Positions 25,985 to 41,300 of a stretch of DNA of 64,000 bases are shown here, piece by piece. The stretch is from Entomortierella parvispora E1425. Lineage: Eukaryota > Fungi > Mortierellomycota. Numbering within the stretch: the first letter of the stretch is position 1; each line of letters starts with the position of its first letter. The notes below the pieces were generated by a model. It worked only from the letters and a program-made list of their open reading frames with translations, made no database searches and had not been told where the DNA came from. Made by a program: the position numbers and the translations under genes. The DNA is taken from NCBI GenBank assembly GCA_020891255.1, contig BQFW01000011.1:1302001-1366000 (forward strand). Direction: 5' to 3'.

Positions 25985-27849
25985 ATGGATTCTCGAGAAC
26001 TCGGGTTCCCTGGATATATGGTCTACGCAGGTCTTTTGGCCTCCATGACCTCACTCTCGATCGGCTATGTGATCGGTTCACCAAACGTACCAGAGTCAGC
26101 AATCCGTGGCAAGAACGGCGATTGTGGCCCAGATCCATACACTGTCCACAATGGATTTCCTAATTGCTTTGAGTTTGCAGATCTTCTTTGGGTAAGTGCA
26201 GTAACAATGGCGCAGTCCATGTTCATTTGGAATGATTTTTTTGGGCAAAGTTGGCCCTAAAATCGAAGATCGACAAGTCCGTGGGTTGAGACACTCAATA
26301 TCTGTGCCAGTGTGTTTGTTATCATGATAGCACAACAGACAAAAAAAGCCCGTTGGGAGTCAACCTTAACATGCAAAAGAGACAAGGGCCAGACGGGTGG
26401 ATGAGAGCCTATGTTTCATGAGATCTGGGGGGACCGATCGTCTTGGGAAGGGGGTTGGTTGCGGAGGTCCGTGGGGGATTAACGTTGATAGACACTCGTG
26501 CAACTGGCATTAACGTTTTTGCATGTATCTGTTTGTGTTTCTAGGGCTTCGCTGTCGGTTCCTTCTGTTTAGGTGCCTTGGTCGGAGGACTCACTGGCGG
26601 ATCAGTACAGAACATGTTTGGCCGTATCAGGACCATGTTTATCAGTAACCTGTTCTTCATTCTTGGAGCCCTCTTGCTTGGATTGACCTACCACCAAGCG
26701 CAGTTTATTGTCGGTCGTATCATCATTGGTTTCGCTTGCGGTCTTGGAGGTGTCGTCGCCCCAACCTACTTGGGCGAGATCTCAACAATCAAGGGTCGCG
26801 GCACAATGGGAACAATGTACCAGCTTTTGATCGTCACTGGAATTTTGATCTCCAACTTGATCGGTTTGGGTTTGAGCTCCCCCCCTCTCTGGCGTATCCT
26901 CTTGGCCATCAACGGTATCCCCGCCTTGATCCAGTTGTTCATGTTGCCCTCTTTGGTCGAATCCCCTCGTTACCTCGTCTCCAAGAACCGTCTTCAGGAA
27001 GCCCGTGTCTCCCTTCAAAAGTTGCGTGGAGCAGGAAACAACATTGAGCACGAGTTCTCGGATATGGTCCATTTGCTTTTGGGACGGGACGACAACACCG
27101 CAGCTGTCAACCAGGATTCTGCCTTTGACGAAGCCAACTACAAGACTGACCCCGAGGCCCCTGTCACTGCAACCGCCTCTGGAGCACCTAGTCCTTCCCA
27201 CTACAGCATTGGACGTCTCTTCACCTCCGAGTGCAAAGGATTGGCCGTTATCGGTATCTTGATCCATTTCTTCCAGCAGGCCTCTGGTATCAACGGTTTG
27301 ATCTATTACTCGACCTCTTTCCTCGGAGACGTCTTTGGTGCTGGTAACTCAAAGTACATCACCGTCGGTGTCTCGTCCTGCAATCTGTTGTCGACCTTGG
27401 CCTCAGTGTTTTTGATTGACAAGACGGGTCGTCGCACCTTGTTGTTGATCTCGCTTGGCGGTGTGGCCGCCTCCTCGATTCTTTTGGTCATTGGTGCCTA
27501 CGCTGATGTCGGTGTCCTGGTCGTGGTCGCGGTTTTCCTTTACACTGCCTTCTTTGCCATTGGATTGGGTCCCATCCCTTGGTTGCTGTTGTCAGAGCTC
27601 TTGCCCACCTATGCCCTTTCCCCTGCCTCCTCCATCGCCACGGCCGTCAACTGGGGTACCAACTTTGTGGTCGGATTGGTGTTCCCTTCCTTGAACAGGG
27701 GTCTCGGCAATGGTACCTTTATCCTTTTCGCCTCTTTGTCCGCCCTTGGGTTCTTTTACACCTGGTACTTTATCCCCGAAACTCGGGCACGTTCCATTGA
27801 GGAGATCATGGCCGAGAAGGGTGTCGCCCCTCGGTCCGACTACAACTAA
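25985..27849 (+). CDS. MFS sugar porter (GLUT-like hexose transporter), ~503 aa; join(25985..26191,26545..27849)
   Basis: Phase-0 intron TGG|GTAAGT...CTAG|GGC. Motifs GRIIIGFACG, PTYLGEIS, VESPRYL, QQASGIN, KTGRRTLLL, GLGPIPWLLLSE, FIPETR. Confidence 0.93.
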
Positions 27850-28236
27850 AAAATTAGAACGAAAAAAAATTACTGCATCATAATCATTTTGAATAAAAAC
27901 ACAACAGCAATCTACTCTACACATCCTGGCAACCATCTAGTATTACGAGAGACTTAGCCGGAAAGTCACTCAGATCTCGTGCAAATGAACATACCTGTAT
28001 AGATCTGATTCAAGTATGTTTTTTTTTTTTTTTTTTTCTTTTTTTTTTTTGGCGTCTAGTATGAAAGTGGAGAAAGGCGAACTTTTTGCTGCTTTTATTG
28101 GACAAGGATGATCAGAGGACGCGTTATGTTACAAGAGGGTGTATGACAGGGAAAAACAATCAGAAAAAAAAAGTGAGAATTGACTGGCTGCTGCACAATA
28201 AGATCAATGGTATGCTTTCTAGATGAGAAACTCGGT

Positions 28237-31408
<3,172 letters not shown>

Positions 31409-34400
31409 TGAACGCTTCTTGTTGCGGGAACTCAGGTTGGGATATAAGGTGTGGGATATGGAGAGCCTCTTGTTGAAGTATCTTTTAGGACAATTGAATC
31501 CTGAAGAGAGGTCACAAAAAAAAGAAGTGGCAGAGAAGAATAAGGCACAATAAGTAATGCAGTTCAATAGAAAATCAGGGAGTTCAAAAGGAGGAGAGGG
31601 ACAGAGAGAGAGAGAGCTCGATATATGCAGTTATAGAGTAAGAGTGGGAAAGAGTGAGAAAGTGGGCGACCCAAGCCTCTTATAGTCTAACTCGGCTGAT
31701 TGTAAATGCGCTCGTTTGCTGTGTCAGACAACGTTGCAATCGTAGAGCACAGAGGGTTGAGTGCAGGGGGTGTTGGATGGGGGTGTGACCAATACCAGAT
31801 CAAGAATCGGGAAGACCGCTGCAAAAAAAAAAAAAAAAAAAGTTGAATGTGAGGGGGGTTGGGGGTGGGGATGGGGGGTCGGAGCTGTCAGATGGTTGGG
31901 AAGAATTAGACAATGGGCAAGACAGAGCAAACGATAGAGCAGAGGACAGATAGGGAAGAAGAAAAGGAGAGGGGGGGGGGGGGAGAGAGAGAGGACGGAG
32001 AAAATGGGAAAAACAGAGGAGTGAAAGAGCAATGGAAACGGATGACAGGACGCTGAGAGCAGTAGCGTTGCAGGGGGAGAAAGGAAGACCCGAGGGAATC
32101 AAACAAAAATAAAGATGGTTGGCAGAAAAAGAACGCAAATAAGGATTCCAGGGCAACTGGACAAAGGGAACGTCAAGGCAAAAAACCCAAGGGAAGGGCA
32201 ACCAACGGTCCGATGATGAGGCGTAAAAAAGGTGAAAAAAAGGAGGGGAGTTGAGCAAAGGACGAGGAACTCGAGTGCATGGTTGGGGTGCATCATGGGC
32301 ATGCATCCGCGAAGTTGGCCAAGCAGGGCAGGCAGCAGGACAGCAGGACAGCAGGATAGACAGGACAAAACAACGGACGCCCATGGGGCGGTGCAATGCC
32401 TTGAGGCTGTGTCCTCTGTCTGCCTCTGTCCATCTATCTGCCTGACCCGTCTGCCTTTCAAGCTGATCCGATCTATCTATTCCCCGTCTGTCGCTGAAAT
32501 GTTTGTTTGTCTCAGTCCGTGGCTTACTCAGACGCACGTTGCAGCCCAGTTCAAAGAGCAATTGTATGGTCGCAGACTGCGTGGTTCGGTGATTCAGTTG
32601 ATGTGGAATGAGTCTGAAGGAATGAACAGGGAATGTAGCAGGAATGGAGTGTGAGAGCAAGAAAGAGAGAGGGAAAAAGGAAGAGAATGCAGTGGGGGCA
32701 CAGTTGTGTTTTCCTCCTCTCTCCTATGGCTCCTCGCTCGCAACTTTTTCTTTGTGGTGGCAAACAACAAACCAACCAAGGCACGGCGCAACCTACCCCC
32801 ACACAGGGTCGTAGGGTTGACCAGCAGCAGAGGAGTGCAAACGATCACCTCCGACAGAACGCAAGATAAACCAAGGAAGGGCGGCAATTGGTGCTGCCGT
32901 TTTCTTTTGTGCACCTGTGCTCTCTGATTTTTTTCTCTCTCTCTCTCTCATCTGGGTCTGGGTCAAAAAAAATGATCTGTGTTTTGTTGACGCAGACACA
33001 ACAGGAAAATCATGCAGCATGCCCCCGGGAGGCTGGGTGGTGTTCCAGGGGTAAACTGCAAACAGTTAGACGCACGTTGAAGGAAAAAAGCAATAGGAGG
33101 AAAGCGAGAAACTACAAAAAAAAAAAAAAAGAAGGAAAATATAAAATGGAGTACCACGGAGTCTGAAGGAACCAATCCAAGAAGGCGGTAGTCGTGAACA
33201 AACAAGCTGAAGCATTTGTCCGATTGGGTTGAGATCGGACAGGGGCGGAGAAGCAGGGGCAATGCAGCGAGTTGGGGTTGCCGCAGGGATTCGCTTACGT
33301 GATTTAGGTTTTTTGTCCGCCTGCCTGCTGTTGGACAACAGTGGACTTGTCTCCAGCAATTGGAGGACGAAGGATATGTCTTTGAGGTATACGAGGTGCG
33401 GATAAAATAATGGGGGTGTAAGGAAGAACGTAGTGGTAAGGGGATGGACGGTGCTGTAGGCACGTTGGTGGTGATGATGATGATGACAATGATGATGACG
33501 GATAGGATGAGTGCGGTGTAAAACAGAGGAGAGAGTGCGTCGATATTGAAAAAAGATAAAAACTAGATCGAGATTTGGGCACGACGCGGATATTTATTCA
33601 TTTTCTTCATTTTTTATTAGTTCCTGGGTGTTGCTCGTCCAGTTAGTCAATCCGGACTTTATTCAGTCGCCTGTTCATTTGTTTTGTGGTTGCTTTCCGT
33701 TCTGTGGTGACAGACAGAGTGGTCGTGCATCCAGTCATCCAGCCAGTCTTTGTTTGCAACTCAAGGTCCTTGCGCTCATCTCGATGCCAAATGGATTTCA
33801 AATGCATTAGCCCACCATTCGCTCACAACTGTCCCTCCCTCTCCCTCATCGGGACCAACAAGGTCTGACCTGTTGCACCAAAGCCACCCCATGGACAACG
33901 TTTCCTGCAACCTTTTTCCTTTTGAGTTTTGCACAAAGTCGCTCCCAATCGAACAAACGCGTCTCGCGTCCCGCATCCGATCGTTTTCTTTCCGTTGTCA
34001 TCGCATTGCAAAAAAATATCAAAAGATCAACGCATGTACCTTAGCGCATCAATTGCTTGCGTACTTTTCCTTTTATTCTTGTCAACAAAAACGTGCTCTT
34101 GGCAGTGTTGTGGCAGAGGAGAGGTCAGTTGCAAAAAAGAGCACACACAAAAACTCCACATCTGATCAGTTCCTTCTCGCACCAAAGACCGTGGATTCTC
34201 GCTCTCTGACCTTGATATGAACTGTATCTGAGTTGTGGTGGCACAGACTGTCAAAACAGCTCTCAAGAAAAAAAATCCAAAAAAAACAAAGATGCAGCCA
34301 ACCGCAGTGGTGTCATTCTTTTTGTCTTTGCAGATGTCCATGGACATCAATAGGGAGAGAGAAGGGGGAGGGACGATCTGAAAATAGCTGCCGTTTTCCA

Positions 34401-37400
34401 CGTTCACCCCTTCACATTGCTGCACAAACACCGAAACCCCAAAGGGCAGACCGTTGTTTTGTTCTTGGGATTCCTTCATTCCCCCGCGGACAAATTCAAG
34501 TTCTTTTGGACGGGACAAATCGCATGGTCCATCAACAAAAAACACAAAATTTGCGATGCGTCAGGGTGCATTGCAAAATGACTGAAATAAGCTCTGCATC
34601 TCTGAACAGACAGCCCGAGTGCATGGAGAGTGGTTCTTTGGGAACGTTGAACGTACTAGTTTTATTTCCCTTTCCATCAGACATTTGCCTCGCACCAATC
34701 ATTCGTGGGCTGCACGACAGGGTCCCATCCAATTTTCGAGGATGGACGACAAACTATGAAGAGATATGATCGACGGACCTGCAACAACGGCGCCAATTGA
34801 AGAAACACAATAGTTCGAAAGTGACATTCATTTTCAGACGGAATGACTTTCCTCCGAGGGGATCTGTCAAAAAAAAAAAAAAATGTTGTTGTGCGCACAA
34901 ACTCAGTCGCACACGGCCGCTGCACACGCTCCAAAGGACCAGCCATTCCTGAATTCGTGCTTTGGAGCGCACAAACAGCAGCACTTGAAGATGTTCCCAA
35001 ACAAACGGTCATGAACGGCAGAGGGACTATTCTTCTCGGCCCCTCTCCCCTATGGTCTCGTTGCTGGAGCTTATCTTACAATGCATCTGTGCTGTTTGGA
35101 GGATTTCCTCATCTGCTGAGGAGCGGTTGGCTGCACGTCATTGTCAGGATGCATCGCCTCACATCAGAGGCAGACAGCCCGCCGTCGCCACCTGTCGATC
35201 GTCCAAACGGGATAGGGCAGAACGCGACTCCATTCTTTGGCAATTGGAACAAAAAAAAAAAAAAAAAAAAGTCACGTTACCTTGTGATTTCTTACGCCAC
35301 CAATTGCTCGCCAGAGTCGTGCACCCCCCCTGACCCTGCACAAATCCCCCGAGAGGGACGAAGCGGACCTGTCATCTCCTCCGTCAGAGGCTAGAGCGCC
35401 CAAAACGCGTCATAGGGTCATTTCAAACCACAGCTTAGAGCGAATGAATGGGACTAAGCGTGCAGCAAGGGCCAAGGGCCAAGGTGGAGGCTCTAAGAAG
35501 GAAGAGAGGGGAGAGAAAGAATGAGAAAAAGAGAGATAGAAAGAAAACTTGGTCTTTTCACTTCTTTTCATGGTCTCTTCTCCCCCTGAAAAACTGTGCC
35601 TTCACTCCGTACCATTTTTTTTCATAAGTCAAGTAAAAAAAAATGAACCTTCTCCTTGAAATGAGGAAAGAAGCTCGACACTTGGCTTCATGGGGACTAG
35701 TCCTTTTAGCGTGGATGATGACGGTGCAGAAAGTCCTGTCATGTGTGCACACACGCACACACACACACACACACAAGTTCGCTGCGCTTCATATTTTTTT
35801 AGCAATGTCTATTTTTCAGGCAAAATACCCCTACCCACGCTAACAAATGAACTCCATGAAACCCAACCCAAGAGAACAAACAGATTTTTTTTTTTTTTTT
35901 CACTTTATTAATCTTGAAAGCGTCGGAAAAAGAGGGTTCAGTTCACTTCTCTTCAAAGGATCTGATTGCACGGCAGAACGACAAAGTGTGTGAGCATAGT
36001 TCGAAACAGCCAAGTTCCTGAAAGTTTTTATTTTGGGTGTAAACTTACTGTAATATGTTTCTTTTTCCCCTTTGCTAGATCTGCGCCCAACCTTCTTTGG
36101 CGCAACCTTGGAGATCCCAGGGGGGAGGAGAAAACTGATGGACAGGCATTTGCGCACGAGACCAAGATGAAGGGGAGGGGACACAGAACTTGTCCATCTG
36201 AAAAAATAGAGAACCCTTGCAGGGGGAGAGAAGGGACAGTAGGATGAAAGAGCACGTTTTCTCGCCGACATTATTATTAACCTCGCGATTCCCGCCAATT
36301 TTTTTTTTCCTCGAGGTGGTTAACAACGAGGGTGCTCAACTCTCTTTGTCATAATAATCTGCCGAACAATAAACCAGCCAGTGGCGTGAACCATTTCTCG
36401 TCAGTCTTCCCCACTTCCCCACGAACCATGTCATGAGCTCTCGAGCCTAGTGAAAAAAAAAAAAAAAAAAAAAAAAATCAAGAAAAATCGCCCAGTCCGT
36501 GGTTCTTTTTTACTAACGTGTCCGTTTTCAGCAGGGGAAAAAACATTCTTTGACCTTGAGGGTCCACTTTGATAAAGAAAGCAAGGAGCACCGGGTTTGG
36601 CGTCAATTGAGGGATCATAGGCTATCTTGAGCGATCGAACAATAACAACAGTCTACAACTTGTTTCAGGGCGAGTTTGGAAACCATTCATCTCGAGCGCG
36701 TGGGCGTTCAGAGAGCAAGGGGAGACAAGGAGGACAGACAGCCAAAAAGCACGCTCGGAAGCAAAAAAAAAAAAAACAAAGTTGGCATTTGAAAGGCATC
36801 TGGTTGCACAAATAACAAAAAAAAAAAAAGGTCCTGGACTAGCAACGTAACAACGTAACAACGCAACAACGAGAGCACTGTTGTTGTTCGTGGAGACAAA
36901 AGGTGTTTCTGGATATTGTTTTATGTCGCTGTTTTCTTTTTTTTTTTTTTGATCGCCGTTCGTGGATGAACTACAAACAAGAAATGATAAGAAGAGAGGG
37001 GGGGGAACCATTTCGCAGTAGGAAACAATAAGAAAAGAAGGGAGAGAAAGATAAACCTCTGCACTCTAACCCTACCCTTTTTTCCTTTTTCCCCCTTCTC
37101 TTGCTCATTGTTGAGGAGGAAATGAGAACAGACCATGTGGGCAGAACAGAAAAAAAAAAAGAGGTGGTCTTTCTTTGTGTTTTATGCAAAAAAAATTGTA
37201 AAATAAAAAAAATAAAGGGAGTTGCAAGGAGGGAGAAAGTGACAACAGATCCCCTGCATTGAGATTGTATGTTTCCCTCGGTCGGTATGGGCACAGGACA
37301 GAAGATGCATGTGTGTCCCATGCCTTGCTTGCCATGCAAGGTCCTGCTGCAAAAAGAGACAGAGAAACAGAGAGGTCCAGGAGCACAAGGTCGCACGGCG

Positions 37401-38079
37401 GATCAGCAACAGAGAAAAACTTTTTTTTGTGTTTGCCACATTGCAAAGAGGGAAAAAGAAGACAAAAGAGAGGAAACTGAAGAAAGGGAAACACACCCCT
37501 GCCGCGTCCCTTGCCATGCATTGCATTTGGCCGGGAAGAGGAACACAAGCAACGCAATCAACGCAAGCAACACAATCAACCAACACAAAGGCAAGGCAAA
37601 GAGAGAAGGGGCAGGGATAGGAAACAATGGGATCGACTCGACTCCCTCCATGGACCGACCCGCACTCTCGCACGCCTCACGCTCTCGTCCAGAAACAAAA
37701 CAGGGGGGCACAGACCCATCGCGAAAGAGAGAAGACTTAGAAGAAGAAGAGGGAAAAGGGACAGCACTCACACACGCACACACGCACGCACGCACACGCA
37801 CATACACACAACAACAACAACAACAAACACATAGACCCAGAATAAAATGAATGATAAAACTAAACTAGTCGCATCTTTCCATTATGAATAGTTTTATTCC
37901 CCCACTGCACACTTCCCCCTCCCTTCATCGACGCCATTCACACTTCTTTCCCTTCTTCTTCCTCCTCCTCCTCCTCCTCCTCCTTTACATTCACATTCAC
38001 ACCTTCATTTTCCCTTGACTCTCATTTCCTTCCTTCCTTCCTTCCTTCCTTCCTTCATTCGCTCTCTCTCTCCCTTCCG

Positions 38080-38110
<31 letters not shown>

Positions 38111-38332
38111 TCCTCACTCGTTCCTCCTCCCTCCCTTCGCCCCGCACTCTCCTTTCATCTCATTCGCTCCTCTATTTTTTCTTTTTTTCTTTTCCTCTCT
38201 CTCTTCTCCCCTTTTCCTCCTCCTCCTCCTCCTCCTCCTCCTCCCCCCTCCACCGTCCTCTTTCCCCCCCCCCCCCGCATCGCTCCATCCTCATCCCACA
38301 CCCCCTCTTCAAAAACCACTCCCTCACATCCA
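31409..38332. promoter_or_regulatory. 6.9-kb divergent intergenic region between SKN7-like and NIK1-like genes, rich in poly-A, (CA)n, (CT)n and polypyrimidine tracts
   Basis: No credible spliced CDS found; ORF-track entries here are low-complexity. Long pyrimidine tract ~37900-38330 precedes the kinase ATG. Confidence 0.6.
31853..31878 (+). other. Canonical G-quadruplex-forming motif GGGGGG-TT-GGGGG-T-GGGG-AT-GGGGGG upstream of the Skn7-like gene
   Basis: Four G-runs of 4-6 with 1-2 nt loops, read directly. Folding in vivo is not shown. Confidence 0.6.
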
Positions 38333-41300
38333 ATGTCCACATTGGCCGAGGCCTACATCTGCCATGTAGGCACCGTCCTGGACCTGCTTGTGCAGCCAAG
38401 GGAGGTCGACATCCCCACAGACTCGTTTGCATCCAAATCACCCCTGCCTCTGGACTTTGTCGATGCCTCCACGCCCGACTACATTCAAAAGGTCGATCTT
38501 ACGCTGCAGCGGGTCGTCCAGAAGGTCTTTGCGATGGAGCACGAGCTGGCCCGACACCGACAGCAACTCAAGCAGTTCCCCATCTCGTCGCTCGTGTCCG
38601 ACATCACCCTGGCGCCGCCCATCCTCACGCCTCCCGTCGACTCGCTCTCGCCCCCTGCCTCGGCCTCGTCCCGCTGGAGCGAGGGCCACTGGGAGTTTGT
38701 GAACCACGCTGCGACCTCGTCCTCGGTCCAGCTCGAGCGGCCTCTGCACCAGCTCACATCCCTGACGGCCCTGTCCCTGTCGCAGGCAAGGTCATCGATC
38801 CATACCCCCACCTCCACCACCTCCTCTGCATCCTCCTCGTATGCCTCTGCATCCTCAGACTTCGTGCCGGGCATGGATGTCGACTTGATGACTACGACCA
38901 CCTCCGCCGCAACAGAGGTAAATTGAAACCGGACAATGGTCATTGTGCGCATAACCATGGATCTAAACCCAACTTGTTTTCTTTTTTTTTGTCTTCTTTT
39001 TTACTAACAATGAACCATGGGCACCCATCCAGGCTCTCCCCTCTCCCATTACTGCGTCCTCGTCGACGGCTTCGTCTACTTCAATAGCCTCCAGAGACCT
39101 CTTTGCATCGTCTGCACTTCCCCCCTCCTATTCTTCCGCCACTAGCACCTCCATGGTTCCCGTATCAAAGACCCGCGCACTCTCACCTACATCATTATCA
39201 GTAGCAGCCCCGCCAACAATAGCCACAGCTGCTGCAGGAGAGTTCATCCCTTGCGCACAATGTATCCGCAACTGTGCATTGGTGGCTACCGCAGTGATGC
39301 GTGGAGACTTGAGTGTCAGGATCGAGTGCGATAACCCCGTCTGTCGTCAGTCCGCCTTGAATTCGTCCATTAACGAGATGGTCTCCAAGCTGTCCAATTT
39401 CACGGAGGAGGTCATCCGGGTGGCAGCACAGGGTATCGAGGGCAAGCTGGGCGTGCAGGCGACTTTGGAAGACGAGCGCGGTATCTGGAAGGAGTTTGTC
39501 ATCCACCTCAACACCATGACGGTCGGACACTCTGAGCAGGTGCGTGACATTGCGTCTGTGTGTACTGCCGTCGCGCACGGCGATCTCAGTCAAAAGATTA
39601 AGGTCGATGTCAAGGGAGAGACGCTTGTTCTCAAGAACACGATCAATACCATGGGTAAGTGCAACCTCTGCAACTGCTTCGGACCCTTGGCTGGTCACGA
39701 AGATCCTTTCACTTCTCAGTTTTCTGTTTTTTCTTTGGAGGATGCTCGATCATGGGTGCTGTTTTCCCTTTGTTCCCTTTCATCCCATTACTGGTCCCTC
39801 GTACTGACCCTCTTTTCTTCTTTTCTTTTCCTTTCTCCCTATTCCCCTGCATTCCTGCAATAACGATCAAACTCACGTCATGCTCTGGGCACGATTCTTT
39901 GGACGCTTGCTTTGCCTCGACTGTTTTGGATATATTTGTTCATTGTTCTTTTTTGCACCACAGTCGATCAACTTCGGTCCTTTTCGTTCGAGGTCACCCG
40001 TGTGGCCCATGAAGTCGGCACAGAAGGAAAGCTGGGCGGACAAGCCCATGTGAAGGGTGTCGATGGAACCTGGAAGGAGCTGACGGATAACGTCAACACT
40101 ATGGCCGAGAACCTCACAGCGCAGGTGCGAGATATTGCCAGTGTCAGTAAGGCCGTCGCCAAGGGAGACCTCAGCAAAAAGATTTCGGTCGAAGTCAAAG
40201 GAGAAATGATGGACCTGAAGCATACTATCAACACCATGGTGGACCAGCTCCAGGAGTTTGCCACAGAGGTGTCCCGTGTCAGTTTGGAAGTCGGAACTGA
40301 GGGCAAGTTGGGTGGTCAGGCTCACGTCAAGGATGTCAGCGGTACCTGGAAGGAACTCACCGACAATGTGAACTTGATGGCCTCCAATTTGACAGGACAG
40401 GTGCGTGATATTGCTACAGTCTGTAAAGCTGTCGCTTGCGGTGACTTGACCAAGAAGGTCCTCGTACCAGTACAAGGTGAAATCTTGGAGCTCAAGGAAA
40501 CGATGAACACCATGGTGGACCAACTCAGTATTTTTGCCGCCGAGGTCACCCGTGTCGCTCGTGAGGTCGGCACTGAAGGAAAGCTCGGAGGCCAGGCCGA
40601 GGTCGAAGGCGTGGACGGCACCTGGAAGGAACTCACGGACAATGTAAATACCATGGCTGCCAACTTGACTGCGCAAGTCCGAGATATCGCTAGTGTCAGT
40701 AAGGCCGTCGCCAAAGGAGATCTCAGCAAGAAGATTTCCGTCGAAGTCAAGGGAGAGATGATGGACCTCAAGCACACAATCAACATCATGGTGGACCAAC
40801 TTCAAGAATTCGCCACAGAGGTCTCTCGTGTGAGTTTAGAGGTCGGAACCGAAGGCAAACTTGGCGGTCAAGCCATAGTCAAGGACGTCAGCGGTACTTG
40901 GAAAGAGCTCACAGACAATGTCAATACCATGGCTTCAAATCTGACCACGCAGGTGCGATCGATTGCTGAGGTCACCACAGCCGTCGCCTGTGGTGATCTC
41001 AGCAAAACGATCGATGTTCAGGCCCAGGGAGAAATCTCGGAACTGAAACTCACGGTCAATTCTATGGTGGAACAACTTCGAACTTTTGCCGCTGAGGTCA
41101 CTCGTGTCGCCCGCGAGGTCGGTACAGAAGGAAAACTGGGTGGACAGGCCCACGTCAAGGGCGTGGACGGTACCTGGAAGGAGTTGACCGACAATGTCAA
41201 CACCATGGCCGAGAATCTAACGGCTCAGGTGCGAGATATCGCCAGTGTCAGTAAGGCTGTCGCCAAGGGAGACCTAAGTAAGAAGATTTCCGTCGAAGTC

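Noticed and set aside
31600-38300. Numerous 60-290 aa ORFs in the divergent intergenic region, and ORF 738..1820
   Set aside because: Translations are dominated by microsatellite and homopolymer-derived residues, with no splice-consistent model or motif.
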